A DNA stretch of 64,000 nt from the NCBI GenBank assembly GCA_964016885.1, contig OZ024741.1, positions 79,546,001 through 79,610,000 of the forward strand, read 5' to 3'. A program made the translations under genes and the position numbers. The notes under the pieces were generated by a model that was given only the letters and a program-made list of their open reading frames with translations, was not told the origin of the DNA and did no database searches. Each line of letters opens with the position of its first letter. Within the stretch, counting starts at the first letter, position 1. This document shows positions 42,036 through 56,090 of the stretch, one piece after another. The DNA is from Eledone cirrhosa. Its lineage: Eukaryota.

Positions 42036-42467
42036 GGGTCATGGGATGTAGCAACATCTTGTGGTTTCTAATACACACCACTTCTCCCACCAACACCCCA
42101 TACAATACTGCAGAAGACCAGCCTTCACATATGCTCTGAATGAAGTAACATCTAGCAGTCACTAGTGCACCACTTCTCCCTTTCCCCACTTCCCTCTTCC
42201 ATAAACCTCCCATGTCCTTACATTCCCCCTTTCACCAGCTAAATACCCTCACTATATATCACCTCTTCTATCCCCACCCTCCAGTTTCCACATCTGACCA
42301 ACAAGCGTGGAAAGATGAACATGCTCACCTCCAATGCTGCTGAATTGGCTAATGACTCTATTTCTCACACCAGTCAACCAATAGCTATGAGGAATTAACT
42401 ACATTACATTGAATTGACAAGGAAATTGAGACAAAAATAATACATAGCAACAGCAGAATGTTTTTAA

Positions 42468-42672
42468 CCCTTTAATGTTCAAACCGGTGAAAACCGGCCA
42501 GAATTCTCTACCTCTTTCTGTTGAAACTGGCTGTAACTGGTTGCTCAAACTGATGTTAAGGTATTGTTCTCAAAATAAATACTTTCAAAATCTCAGACTC
42601 GATATTATGTGAGGTAAAGCATTTACCATGAAAATACAATGGTATATAAAGAGTAATGTGAATGCTAAAGGG
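42468..42672. mobile_element. piggyBac-type MITE
   Basis: TTAA-flanked, close match to 4905-5111. Confidence 0.88.
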
Positions 42673-43087
42673 TTAAACTCAAAACAAAATACAAAGAAAA
42701 CAGGACAAAACATAATTGTACAACAAAGTAGCCATGTAGGGAAATGAGAAAGAAAATGAAACTCATTAGAACAACAGTTTATCATCTTTCTTTGGGAGGC
42801 CCTTGTATATTATGGTAGCCCCCAAAATTAATTTTGTGCCCCTAGTTACAGACATGAGAGGTCCCAACTTAAACAATCACACTATATAGTAATTCTACAT
42901 AGTATTGGATATCAATGTCAGGTGTTTACATAACTTGGTAGTTTATCAAGGATATCTTTATATTTAATTGAGGCAATTATCAGAAAACCTATCTTACTAT
43001 GAATCTGGTTGGACAAGTCCAACCAGATTCATAGTATCTAATGTATTTATAATCTTATCATTGCTGACATTTGTGATATTTAAAATA

Positions 43088-45258
43088 TAAAACCGAGGCA
43101 GTGTGTCAGAGAGAATTGTGATGTCATTGGAGAGAAGTGTATCCGGAATAATAAAGGTGAGCTTACCCTCACAAGTGCTGAGAAGAAAGATGTATGGAAG
43201 AGTCATTATGATAGATTACTAAATGAGGAGAATGCATGGGAAGAAGAGACCCTACCCCAAGTAGACCCTATAGAGGGGCCAGCAGTACAAGTCAGCAGCA
43301 ACGTAGTAAGTAAGGCAATCAAAGGTATGAAGATGGGGAAGGCAACCGGTCCATCGGGTATAGCTGCCGAGATGCTGAAGGCATCTGGGTCTGTAGGTCA
43401 CACTATAACCACACGTATTGTTAACCAGGTAATACTAGAAGGTGTTGTACCAAAAGATTGGTGCAGTAGCATCATTGTCAACTGCTACAAAGGTAAAGGT
43501 GATGCACTAGATAGAGGAAACTATAGAGATATAAAGCTGATGGACCAGGTCATGAAAGTAACAGAAAGAGTTATAGCACAGTCGATTAGGGACCGGGTGA
43601 AACTAGACGAGATGCAATTTGGGTTTGTACCAGGAAGAGGCACCACTGATGCCCTCTTCCTTGTCAGGCAGTTACAGGAAAAGTACCTAGCTAAAAGTAA
43701 GCCACTCTACCTGGCATTCGTCGATCTCGAGAAAGCCTTTGAATGAGTTCCACGTGCTGTAATCTGGTGGGCTCTTAGAAAACTAGGAGTAGATGAATGG
43801 CTTGTGAAAGCGGTACAAGCCATGTATAGGGGAGCAGTCAGCAAAGTTAGGATTAGCAATGGGTATAGCGAGGAATTTAGCGTACAGGTTGGGGTCCACC
43901 AGGGGTCTGTTCTTAGCCCCCTCCTGTTCATCATAGTCCTGCAGGCAATAATGGAGGAGTTTAAGACCGGATGCCCATGGGAACTCCTGTATGCTGATGA
44001 CCTCGCACTTATAGCTGAATCTATGGTAGAACTAGAGAAGAAATTCCAAACTTGGAAGCAGGGACTAGAAAGAAAGGGTCTCAAAGTCAACATGACAAAG
44101 ACTAAGGTCCTTGTAAGTAGATGAGAAAACAGAACCAAGATCCCCTCAGGGAAATGGCCTTGCTCAGTATGTAGGAAAGGTGTAGGTAGGAACTCCATTC
44201 TCTGCCCCAAATGCAAACAATGGGTACACAAGAGATGTAGCGGGATCTCAGGAAGCTTAATTAAGAATGTAGGCTTCACATGCAGCAGCTGTGCTGGGAC
44301 AGCAAGCAGCAAACAGCCACAGGAAACAAGTACCACCAATCTCTGGGAGGGCTCTGTAGAAACAGTAGACAGCTTCTGCTACCTAGGTGACCGAATGAGC
44401 AGCGGAGGTGGGTGTTCAGAAAGTACAATAACTAGGGTAAGAATGGGATGGAAGAAGTTTAGGGAACTACTACCACTGCTAGCTGCAAAAGGCTTCTCCC
44501 TCAAAATGAAAGGCAGACTGTATGATGCGTGTATCCGAACAGCGATGTTGCATGATAGTGAGACCTGGGCGCTGAAGGTGGAAGACTTACGTAGATTAGA
44601 GAGAAACGAAGCCTGCATGCTCCGATGGATGTGTAACAGTAATATACGCGAACAAGAAAGCATAAATGAATTGAGAGAGAGACTGAGCATAAGAGGAATC
44701 AAATGCTGTGTGCAGGAGAGGCGGTTGCGCTGGTATGGACATGTGATGCGTATGAAGGATGACAGCTGCATAAAAAGGTGCAGAGCACTAGAAGTCAATG
44801 GAAACCGCGGAGTGGGAAGACCCAAGATGACCTGGGATGAGGTGATAAAAGCCGACCTTACCCAATTACACCTCTCAAAGGCGATGACACACGACCGTGA
44901 CCTCTGGCGTCACGCAGTAATACAGAGTACCCGACCTCCCATGGGTACAAGCTGAAGCATATAGAAAATATGCCCCCACACCCCCCACTGCAAGGTGGTC
45001 GTGGAGGTGCCACGGCAAAAAAGCACCCAGCCCACACTGTAAAGTGGACGTGTAGGCGCCACAAAAAAGCACCCAGCACTCACTGTAAATGAGGTTGGTG
45101 TTAGGAAGGGCATCCAGCTGTAGAAATCAAGCCAAATCAGTTCCTGTATGAGCAAGGCATGGTCAGCCGACCAGACACTGCCCACAACAGGACAACCCGT
45201 CTAACCCATGCTAGCATGGAAGAATGGACGTAAAACGGTGATGATGATGATGATGATG
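43088..45258 (+). mobile_element. 5'-truncated RTE LINE (RT, PHD-like finger, 3'UTR, (GAT)n tail), second subfamily, with premature stops
   Basis: MKMGKATGPSGI, GNYRDIKL, QFGFVPGRGTTDA, FVDLEKAF, HQGSVLSPLLF, LLYADDL, RLRWYGHVMR. Confidence 0.96.
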
Positions 45259-46202
45259 AGGGAGAGTGAGAATGTGGGAGAAAGTGAGTATGTATGAGAA
45301 AGAAAGAGGGAAATGAAAAAAAAAATAAGAAAGTTAGAATTCATTATTTGTTTTTAGTGAGAGAGAAAAGAAGTGGTAGTGTATTTTTTAGTGTGTGTGT
45401 GTGTGGGGGGGGGGGGGTGATTGTAAAGGAGATAGGGGCAGTTACAGAGAAAGAGAGCAAGAATGTGAGTGAGACCAAAAGGAAGAATGTCTTGTAGGAG
45501 TTCTGTAGATCTTGCAATGATGATTTACACTAAATTAACATTATTCACATAGATTGCATTGCTGCAGTTTGGTGCACATGTTTATTTATTTATTAAGCCA
45601 AGAAATCCAAGTGGAAGGTAGCTCCAGTAGAGGAAGGCCAAGGAAGACCTGAGCAGAGGTGGTGAGAGATGATCTCAAAATCACTGAAGATCACAGCAAA
45701 GATAATGAAGGAATGCAACAAATGGAGTGATACCTTGCAATATCTACAGGTGATAGCCACATTAAATCATGAGATCAGAAAAAAATATTGGAAAATGTCC
45801 CATAATTGAAAACCTATGTGTGATATGAATGAACTGCTTTCAGTTTTCAATCATGGTCTTACATGAAACTTTAGTAAAATAACTAACGTTTTCATGATCA
45901 ATTTGATGTTTGGAACAGAACTTAAAATGTTCTGACATAAAAATCATGATTGAGTGCTTTAAAAGGGGCAGTTTTATGTCACAGAAGTAGGGATGATTTC
46001 AGATAGGTTGGTGTCAAAAGGGTTAATGAATTTTCAGGTACACTATATTTTCAGTTCCAAATATTGTTTTTGTAGTGTTTATTAACCTGTTGACTGCCAT
46101 GTACATTTTACACAACTGCAGTTGCTGTGTCGGGATGGGGGTCAGTAAAATGACTATTTTGGTTGACAAACATCACATCAATAAACTAGTAACCCCATCT
46201 AG

Positions 46203-46345
46203 CTTTGAAGTTATGAACTGTTGGAAACAAGTTCACAACTTTGAAGTTATGAACTGTTGGAAACAAGTTAACAACTTTGAAGTTATGAACTGTTGGAAAC
46301 AAGTTCACAACTCTGAAGTTATGAACTGTTGGAAACAAGTTCAAA
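46203..46345. repeat. 36-bp tandem repeat x4 inside a TTAA-flanked MITE-like element (~46086-46385)
   Basis: CTTTGAAGTTATGAACTGTTGGAAACAAGTTCACAA x4; element ends TTAA|CCTGTT..AAGGGG|TTAA. Confidence 0.85.
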
Positions 46346-47738
46346 CATGTTAGGACAAGTTATCTTGTCTACAGCACTGAAGGGGTTAATGTACTCCGGT
46401 GGTTTAACTAACACAGAAGATGGATGAATTGAAAGTTTCACAAAATTTTTAAAGCCCAGTTCTAGTTCTTAGTTAATTAGTGCGGACTGATGAAGTAACT
46501 GACTGCACTGTTCTGAAAAACAAGATTTTGTGTTCTTGTGATATATTTATTTTGATATATTTATGCTTCAAAGTGTTTTCAGCCCATTTAGAACATACTC
46601 ATGCACACACAAACACACACATCTATATTAACAGTATGGAGCAGTTTCATGACTGTAAATATGACCAGCTCTCTCAGATGTTATTAAACAATAAGAAATA
46701 GAGAAGCTGTAACACGAGACAACAAAATGACAACTAATGGAACTACATCATTTGTTCCAACAGAGTTGACAGGTAGTTGTTTGTAAGCAGTGTTCTGAGT
46801 ATCTGACATTGCTACACGGTTAATTTGTGTATCATTCTAGTATCCCTGCTGCCAATGAGGTTGGCTAGAATTTAGGCAGAAGTATTCAGCTAAGTATTGA
46901 TGCAGGAGTTCTTTTCATATGCCACTTTGAGGGTCAGGGTTGTCTACCCTGCACACACACAAGATAAGATGGAGCTAACTCCAGCATTGTGCTGATTTCT
47001 CTTTTCTTTCATTTGTACCCAAAATTGTATATACATATACATGTATATCTTCTTTCATTGTTTTTACTAGATTCAGTCATTTGACTGCAGCCATGCTGGA
47101 GCACTACCTTGATTTAGTCTATCAAATCGACCCCATTTTTCGCGTCTGAGACTTATTTCATCAATCTTTTGTTGAATCACTAAATTATGAGACTTAAAAA
47201 CAGATGCAGATACAAACGTAAACATAGACAAGGAAATGCACATGCACACACACACATATACAACAGGCTTCTGCAAATTCCATCTACCAAATCTATTCAC
47301 AAGGCATTAGTCAACTCAAAGTTATGGTAGGAGACACTAACCCAAGGTGCTGAGCAGCAAGATAAAACCTAGACCTTTGTGGCTGTGAAGTGAATGCTTT
47401 GACCTATACATATATGTGTTGGACCTCTGTTGGTTCTGATGATGTGTTCCAGTTCAATAGAACTGCCAGTTTGTGAAGTTAATATGCAAGTGGCTGAGCA
47501 TTCCACAGACATGTGAACCCTTAATGTATAGCATGGTACAGTTATTGTCAAGGTTAGACCTTTGAATTACATTTTTGCTAGCTGAGTGGACTAGAGCAAT
47601 GTGAGATACAGTGCCTTGCTCAAGAATACAATGTGCTGCCAGAAATCAAACACAACTATACGATTATGACCTGAACAGCCTAACCACTAACCCACATGCC
47701 TTCACATATATATGTATACATATTCATATACACACATA

Positions 47739-47948
47739 CGAGGGTCGGTTGAAAAGTCCATAGGCAGACCAAGATACTCTCATGGAATGACGTAATAAGC
47801 TTTATTTTTCAACATAGTCCCTGGAAGGAAAGAATGCAATTATTAATGCAATTATTAATAAGAAGAGTTGAAATTAATGCATGCAATATTTCACAGCTCT
47901 AGCATCACTCATACATAGTCAGCTTATGGACTTTTCAGCCAATGCTCG
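47739..47948 (-). mobile_element. Mariner-derived MITE, internal deletion derivative of the family at 6644
   Basis: TA|CGAGGGTCGGTTGAAAAGTCCATAGG..CTTATGGACTTTTCAGCCAATGCTCG|TA; 47860-47948 is the reverse complement of 6644-6735. Confidence 0.85.
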
Positions 47949-49750
47949 TACATACATATACACATATATATACATATATGTATAAGAAACATACACACAT
48001 TGACTGTGTTTAGTAAACAGTGCTGCTACAGAAATTCCAGTGCTGCCAGCTGTCAGATGTAGTGGTGGTGGTAAAGGGTGTGGTGTAGTCGTTGGTAGGT
48101 AGTGGTAGTGTTAGATGATGTGGCACTGTTTTGGTGCTTGTGCTACACAGAGCCAGAAGATTTGTAACAGAGTGAATTTCACCCAATTAACTTAAAGGCA
48201 AGGTGGTCTTATTAACTCCTTCATTACTAACCTGCTTCAACTTATATAGAATGAAGCCACATACTTTAAATGGTTCTCATAAAATTAATATCTTATAATA
48301 TTTTATATAAGAAACTTTTGTTATGTTTGAAATACCATCTTAATAACTGAAATGATTTTAGTAAAACTCTCCAAATTCTTCAATAAGTAATTCAAATACA
48401 GCGTATTTTACTAGAACTATGGTAATGAAATGGTTAAACAAACCGGTGACAGATTAAGTCAATCACACAAGAATAGGTGAAGTTCATTCAATGAGTCTTC
48501 AAATGGTCTCCATCACCCAAATTCTACTCATGAAGCTATGGTTGAAGATACTCATCAAAGATGTCACAAAGTAGGATCAAACAAGCAAACTTCTTAACCA
48601 CAGATCAATGATTATACCTATAGATACCATATTTCTAATGAAAACCGTCAATGATTTAAAAAAAAAACTATTAAAAATAGTCACGATTTTGAATGGATTT
48701 AATAATATAACTAATTTCTTCAGCTAAAGTTTGGAACACAACTTAACAAAGGTTCTTAGAAAAAATTATAAAGAAATTTTTTTAGATAAATATAAACTCA
48801 TTAAAACAAACAGTTTTGTATTTTAAGAAGCAGAGGATGTCACTCTACCATAGGTAACTTGTTCCCACACAAATTTATGATTCTGCAATTCCTCAAATCT
48901 GGAGATTACAATAAACTAGACGTTTTAAAGTGCAGACTAATTAAAAATGTTAAATATGAAGAAACATTATGCATAGTATGTTTAGCAGAGGTGTGTAGCA
49001 ATAGCTGTAATCTAGTTTACCCAGCTTAAGGCAAGTGATTTTCACTGAGAGACAAGATATGTATGATAATTTGTGTCCCCATATGAAGACAGAATTGGTT
49101 CTAATTACTGCAAGAGGAAGACAGAAATGAAGAAAAAAAAAACTATATATATATATAATTATATATACATGTGTGTGTGAGAGTGTGTGTAAAAGAAAAA
49201 GAAACCAAAATCAATAGTAGACTGACTAAATGTACTAATGTAACTGAGTAGTAGTAGTAGTAGTTGTAATATAATCAGAGTGGCAACTATTGTAGTCGCT
49301 AATAGTTGATTAGCACCAACTATAAAATAAAAGTAAAACAAAAAATTAGAAACAAAGACATCAGGTAGTAGATCTAGTAGTAGTAATAACAGAAGTGATC
49401 TAGTCACATTCATTATAACAATAATAATAATATTCCTATATATATTATTTACTATTTTTTTTTCTAGAATTTATATAACAACAACAATAGAAGCAATTAC
49501 AACATGGAAAACAACAGAACAACACAGGTACTGATGATTGCTGAAGAATTATTATTATTAGTAGTGAATTGGCAGTATTGGAAGAGCGTCAGACACCATG
49601 CTTTGCAGCATAGTGTTACGGCCCTTTACGTTCTGAGTTTAAATCCCGTCAAGGTTAACTTTGTTTTCATCCTTACGGAGTCAATAAAATAAAGCACCAG
49701 TAATGTACTGGGGTAATTGCTGGCCTTGGGCTAAACGTAGAAACAATTTC

Positions 49751-49940
49751 TAGTAGTAGCAGTAGTAGTGGTGGTGTTAGTGATAATGGTGGTAGTAGTG
49801 GTGGTGGAGGAAGTAGTGGTGGTGGGAGTAGTAGTGGTGGTGGTGGGAATAGTTGTGGTGGTGGAAGTAGTAATGGTGGTGGAAGTAGAAGTAGTAGTGG
49901 TGGTGGGAGTAGTAGTGGTGGTGGCAGTAGTAGTAGTGGT
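49751..49940. repeat. Degenerate (GTA/GTG)n trinucleotide tract
   Basis: Direct reading; follows a SINE at ~49565-49750. Confidence 0.95.
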
Positions 49941-50455
49941 CGTACTAAACATCAGAAAATAAACATGTTTTCTAAAATAGGTACATGGTCAAACAGTTTT
50001 TGAGGGAAAGTGATTTGGTGTATTATATGACCCCTTGCAGTTATTGTAGTGACCCCTGAATGATGAAAGCTGAATATGGGATAGTTAAATACCCACAAAG
50101 CAGTTTATTTGATTTGTCATGACATTGTGGACACCAAAACCTGTCTTGGACACCTGAACCTAGGGAAGTCCAGTTAATTTCTTCTAGAGAGAAAGAAAAG
50201 AGTGAGAAAAGAATTGACCCCGGAACTGGACTGGTACTTTGTTCATTGACACCAAAAGCAATAGTAATTTCAACAGGATTTGAGTACAGATAGCCAGTAT
50301 GGATTCTATGAAGCAACCTATCTAACATTCTAAAGAATCTGCTGATTTGCCCTTTATCGTAGGGTTCATACTAATACAAAACATTTAATTATCATCATCA
50401 TTATTGCCATTTTATATCTGTTTTTCTATGTTCACATGGTGATCTTCCACAGTAA

Positions 50456-51435
50456 ATAACTGGTACTTATTTTATTGACATTGGAAAGTTGAAAACTAAA
50501 GTTGACCTGAGTAGAATTTGAACTCAGAACGTAAATTGTCGGTACAAATACTGTAAAACATCTTGTCTGATGTTCAAATGATTCTAACATCTTCTGCCCT
50601 CAAAAACAATGGTTTCCAATTTAGGCATAAGGCCAGCAATTTTGAGGAGATGGAAAAGTCAATTAAGTTGATCCCAGTACTTAATCAATCTTTATTTTAT
50701 GAACTCTGGAAGAATGAAAAGCAAAGTTGACTATGGCAGGATTTGAACATAGAACGTACGCAAACACCATAACGCATTTTGTCTGACACGCAAACAATTC
50801 TGCCCTGCTCAACTCTCAATAATAATGATTTCTAATTTAGGCACAAGGCCAGCAATTTGTGGGGAGAAGAAAGTTGATTATATCAGCCCCAGTACTTCAA
50901 TTTATTGACCACAGAAGAATAAAAGGCAAAGTTGACCTCAGTGAGATTTAAACTCATAACATAAAGGGCTAAAACTAAATACAGCAAGACATTTTTTCTG
51001 ATATTCTAATGATTCTACCAATCTAGCACCTATAATAATAATTTTAAAAAAATAACAATTGTTTCTGATTTCGGCATAAGGCCAACAATTTTGGGGAAGG
51101 GGAAAGTTGATTAAATCCACTCCAGTGCATCACTAGAACTTTATTTTACCGATCTCATGAAAGGCAAAGTTAACCTCAACAAAATTTTAACTCAGAACAT
51201 AAAGGGCTGTAACTTTATGCTGCAAAGCATGTTGTTCGACACTCCACCGATACTGCCAATCCACTACCCTTTAATAAATAAAAAATCTAATGATTTCTTT
51301 TGTTTGCTTTTTGAAATTCAGTTTTATTAAAATAATTGTTTCTACTTTAGGCACAAGGCCAGCAATTACTCAGTGCATTACTGGTACTTTATTTTATCGA
51401 CCCCGTAAGGATGAAAGGCAAAGTCAACCTCGGCA
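50456..51435 (-). mobile_element. Cluster of ~5 co-oriented tRNA-derived SINE copies
   Basis: Repeated GGTACTTTATTTTATCGACC..GGATGAAAGGCAAAGTTGACC..GATTTGAACTCAGAAC units at ~50460, 50680, 50900, 51140, 51380. Confidence 0.85.
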
Positions 51436-53044
51436 TAATACTGTATACAACTACCACCTAAATAACACATACTCTAATATAATTGTCACTGGACACTATA
51501 ACATCAATAACTTGCACAACTTACAGTCTACATAGCTGCTATCTAATATAACAATTAATACAACACATACTCAATGGAATCAACACCAACAACATAACAC
51601 AACTCAAGCAATATACACTCAACACACACCATCCAATAAATAAAATAACACACACTACAGGAACCAAGGCATGGTCGTTCAGCCTGCTAGAGATAGTAGC
51701 CAAATTACTCTTAAATTTCACTGTACTATTTGTTAAAAGATGGATAAATTGTATAAAGTGGTTAGTCCTCAGTTTCCTGCACACCAGTAAAAGGCAGGAT
51801 GGTCATGGCTGAAATAACTTTGATTATAGATCTGCTTGGTCCAACAACAACAAAAACAACTTACACAGCACATACTTTATGGAATCTCCACCAAACAAAA
51901 TATCTCAAACTTATATTACACATACACTAAACAGCAAGCAGATAAAACACAACCCTTTCATTATATTTCAAATGAAAGACACTGACTATAATTTCTGAAT
52001 AATTTTGAAAATAATCAAGAGTGATTTTGTAATATAACTAATGTTGAAATTAATTATCTATTTTTACAAACATTGAAACATACGTATTTATTGAAAATTA
52101 TTTAGAGTTAGAAGCTTTAACATATTATTTTTACTATGAAAAATAGTGTAACAGAGTAGTCATAAAATCCCTTGGGTGGAAAAAGTTGAGTGTGAAAAAA
52201 TAAGTTGAAGCTTGTAATTTTCAATGTTGTAATTATTTAGCTATTGTTAGAAATACTTCTTAACAAAGGTTCTTAGATAAAATGATGATGGAAGGTTTCC
52301 AGATAAATATAAGCCCTTTAAAATAAACAGCTCTGTATCATAGAACCATGGACAATTTTGGGAGGTTTCATATCAAAAGGGTCAAGTAGTATCATAAACA
52401 ATGCAAAACAGATGTAGTACACAAACACAATACTACATCTACAAAACATTGCTGCGCAGACACCATAATAGATGTGCACCTAGTGGTGCAAAAGAATATT
52501 TATCCATAAGGGATCAATAAAATAAAGTAGCAGAAACACACTGGGGTAGATTTAATTGACTTTCTCCTCCACCTCCAAGTTGTTGGCTGATTACTAAAAT
52601 TCTTGTTGCCAATAATGGTGATGATATTTATAATGTCAGTGATAATGATGCTGCTGGTAATGCTGATGATGCCATCACTGATGGTGATAATTATGATGAC
52701 AATGATGTCATCATTGGTGGCAATAATGAAGACTACAATAACAATGATTATACTAAAAAAGAAAGCAAAAAAAAAAAAGACCAAACCCCACCTCTTACAC
52801 ATCATTGAAACACCCAGCAGATTTCTTCTTTTTTTTGTGTGAACTGTTAGAAGCTGATAGATGTCAGTCAGTAGAGTAAAGTTGATTAAAGGCAAAACTA
52901 GTGCTAATGTAATTAGAGACAGTAATTATAAACTGTGTCTACTAAGACTGATTACAGTGTCTGGGGATTGGTTATCTCTAATAACTTGCAGGAGAGAGGA
53001 ATAGTATTTCCTACCATTTGATATATGTGTGCATATGTTAGCTA

Positions 53045-53305
53045 TCGCCGCACCTCTCAAGATCACCACCCTGTTCCAACGGCTTTATAGCAGTGCCAAG
53101 AGTTGTGTATAGGTGAACGAGGCTCCGACTGGTTCCCAACCAACAGTGGGGTCAGACAAGGCTGTGTGGCTGCTTCTCCCGACCTCTTCAACTGTGTCAT
53201 CAACTATTTAATGACAAAAGTCTGTGAGCAAGTTTCTGGCATTACCTTCAGGAACTACCACCTTACTGACCTAGAGTACGTGGACGACACCACCCTATTC
53301 AGCAG
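53045..53305 (+). mobile_element. Reverse transcriptase fragment of an RTE-like LINE
   Basis: SDWFPTNSGVRQGCV..PDLFN..LTDLEYVDDTTL. Confidence 0.85.
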
Positions 53306-53440
53306 CTATATGTGTATATATTGGGTACCTTACTAACTGTAGTTACCCCTGATTGAACCTGGGACTCACACATATATTTATATGTGTGTGTGCGTGTGTG
53401 TGTATATGTATATATATACACACACACACACACAATTCGG

Positions 53441-53495
53441 ACTGCCTGAAGAGGTCACAGCCAATGATGGCTGTCACCAAAATATATATAGCAGT
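53441..53495 (+). ncRNA. Degenerate type I hammerhead ribozyme (G12 changed to A)
   Basis: Stem I ACUGC/GCAGU; CUGAAGA; stem II GGU-C-ACAGCCA-AUGA-UGGCUGU-C-ACC; AAAA in place of GAAA; palindromic stem III AUAUAUAU; triplet AUA. Confidence 0.7.
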
Positions 53496-53546
53496 ATATC
53501 TATAATTTATAATAAATGAAGCCAAATTTTACCTATTTGACTTAAT

Positions 53547-53577
<31 letters not shown>

Positions 53578-55769
53578 CATACATGCATATTTATGTCCAA
53601 TCCTCCACTCCTACATTACTGAGCAGCTAATATATAGATGTGACATTTGACCTGGCCATACCAAACTCCTCAATCATAGCTGTTTAATAACTATTCCCAT
53701 CATCACTATATCTCTCCACATTAGCCTACATTATGATGTCTCCTTTTCCCCAAAGAACACCTTGTCAAATCCCACCATACATCCATGATATCATACCAAT
53801 CAGCTGTCTTATCCAATCACCTATTCTCAACCCCTAAACTAGTCTGCCTCCCCTCTGCCCAGCCCCTTCTAGAAAAGAGGTAACTGTTCAGTCAACTTTA
53901 GCCATCAACAACCTCCCTAGTGCTAGTGCCATGATGATAAAATGCACCCAGTCAGTACACTCAGTAAAGTGGTTGGTGTTGGAAGGACATGCAACTGCAG
54001 AAACTTTGCCAAAACCAGAATGTACATAAGTGTGATATGGCTCTCAGCTGGACTAGAAGGACAGTAGTTCTGATTAAGTACTAACTTGATTTGAGATGTT
54101 ATATAAATTAAGTTTTTTAGTTCATGTATTTGTAACACAGTATAGTAAGATTCTACAAAGCAACATTTTCTTTTCTTTACAAAAATGAATAAAGATTTCC
54201 TATCTTTCCCAAAACACAATTGTGTTTTATTCAGTAAATATATTTCAGACTCAGCCTTGAAGACTTCTACTCTTAAGAAAGTAGGCTACTTCATAATTTG
54301 AATTAGAATTTATTTTTCTTGATCTGGCTGGCCAGTGTGTGTGAATTCCTAGGGTAGCTGAAATATGTTACATGGGCCCTACCACTACAGCTGTTTCTTC
54401 TTTTGGTTGTGGTATTTTAAACTCTTTCATTAATATATTTCTAATGAAATACACCACTTATGTCTTAAGCAATCTGAAGGGATTTAATAAAATAACTAAC
54501 CCTTAACAAAGATATTCTTCCATAACATTATTTTTTATTTAAATACGAATAGTTTAAAACAAGAGGTCTGTCATTATAGAATTGACGTAGCTTGGAGCAG
54601 GTTGGTATCAAAGGGGTTAAATGTGGAGGTCAAAACTTCTACTAAGCTCACTCAACTTGGTGATTACTCTACCTGCTAGATATAGCAGTCAAATCTCCTC
54701 TAAACAACATATCTACCAATTGAGTTTGCTGCACATGGAAAAAAGTCAAAATCATCATGATAAAAATGTATTTACTCACATGACTGCTCAATCAAGTGTG
54801 ACTTCTGATTAAACAATAATAGTTCTGTTTTTTTTAATTTTTTTATTTTATTTAATAGTAATGTTGACAACAACTTCTGGTTTATGTCTTTATGTATATA
54901 TGGAACTACATTCAGCAATATACACACCCACACAGACCCCCCCCCCCCATATATATGCACTTAGTCCACTTTATCAGATACTTGTAACCAGAATCACGAT
55001 AAAATGCTCCCAGTACACACTACAAAGTGGTTGGTGTTAGGAAGGGTATGCAGTCATAGAAACCAAGCCAAAAACAGAGTGTACAAGCAAGTCATAGTCA
55101 TCTCTCATCTGACCACTCTGGCCTAAGTATGTCACAACCCTTTTAACCAATGTAAAGCATGGAAAATAGATGTTAAACAGTGATAATGAAGGTGATAAGA
55201 AGGGTGTTATTTCTAGCAAGTCAAGTAATCACATAGAGGCCCCTCCCCTTGGAATTAATGAGCTGTTAGTAAACATTGAAATTCATAGTCATTTGTGTGT
55301 AACTGGTAATCAGCATGTACTTTAATTAATTATATTATAAAAGTTGAAACGCCTAAGTAATCAATTCATTTCAAGATATAAAAGTATATTCATGTTTCAA
55401 TTTTTTTTTTCTCAGTTGTTGCTTTGTATTCATTTTTTCATACATGAGTGGCTAAACTACTCAACTGTGTGATTTAATTTCTTGTCAGTCAGGCAACTGG
55501 AACAATTTTCAGGAGAGTCGGTGAAAAAATTCTGTGATTATCTTCGTCAGCAGCATTTTTACATCCACTTTTCTATGTCGATACGAATTGGATGAGACTT
55601 CTTTGAGACAAAATGTTATGGCCATCTGCCCTTTCTGATGCCAACTCATACATTTTTTGTTTTGTTTTTTCAAGTAGGTACGATCGTGAATACAAGCGGT
55701 CAAAATGGGGTTCCTCTGAAGAGTCTTTAGAGTAATTACTTGATAGAGTATGTAGCTCCAAGATCAGAG

Positions 55770-56090
55770 AGTCACTCCAGGTAGAGCCGCAAATTCTCCA
55801 AATTGAGAGATCACAGCTCTGATACTATGGGCATGTGGTTAGAATGTCGCAGGAAAGAATTGCTGGACAGATTTTATGGGTAAAACCAACCACCAGGAAA
55901 CCCAAGAGTAGACCCTAAGCAAGATGGTTGGATAACATCCATTAGCTTGGCTAGTCTCACTTGGGGATCCAGCCCGAGCAGTCGGAGACAGTTGCTTCTG
56001 ACAGGACCCGTTGGAAGGAGTGTTTAAGGACTTTGCCCCCACAACCCTCTCAGGAATAAGAGGGCAAAGAAGAAGTTACTGATTTTCTCA
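55770..56090 (+). mobile_element. 3' fragment of an RTE-like LINE, same family as 18505-18710
   Basis: LQIERSQL*YYGHVVRMSQERI..SRP*ARWLDNI. Confidence 0.8.

Noticed and set aside
49731-49962. Poly-Thr/poly-Val ORFs, and similar ORFs at 22535, 33107, 36020, 46075, 52500, 63121
   Set aside because: Translations of microsatellites or minisatellites without splice or homology support.
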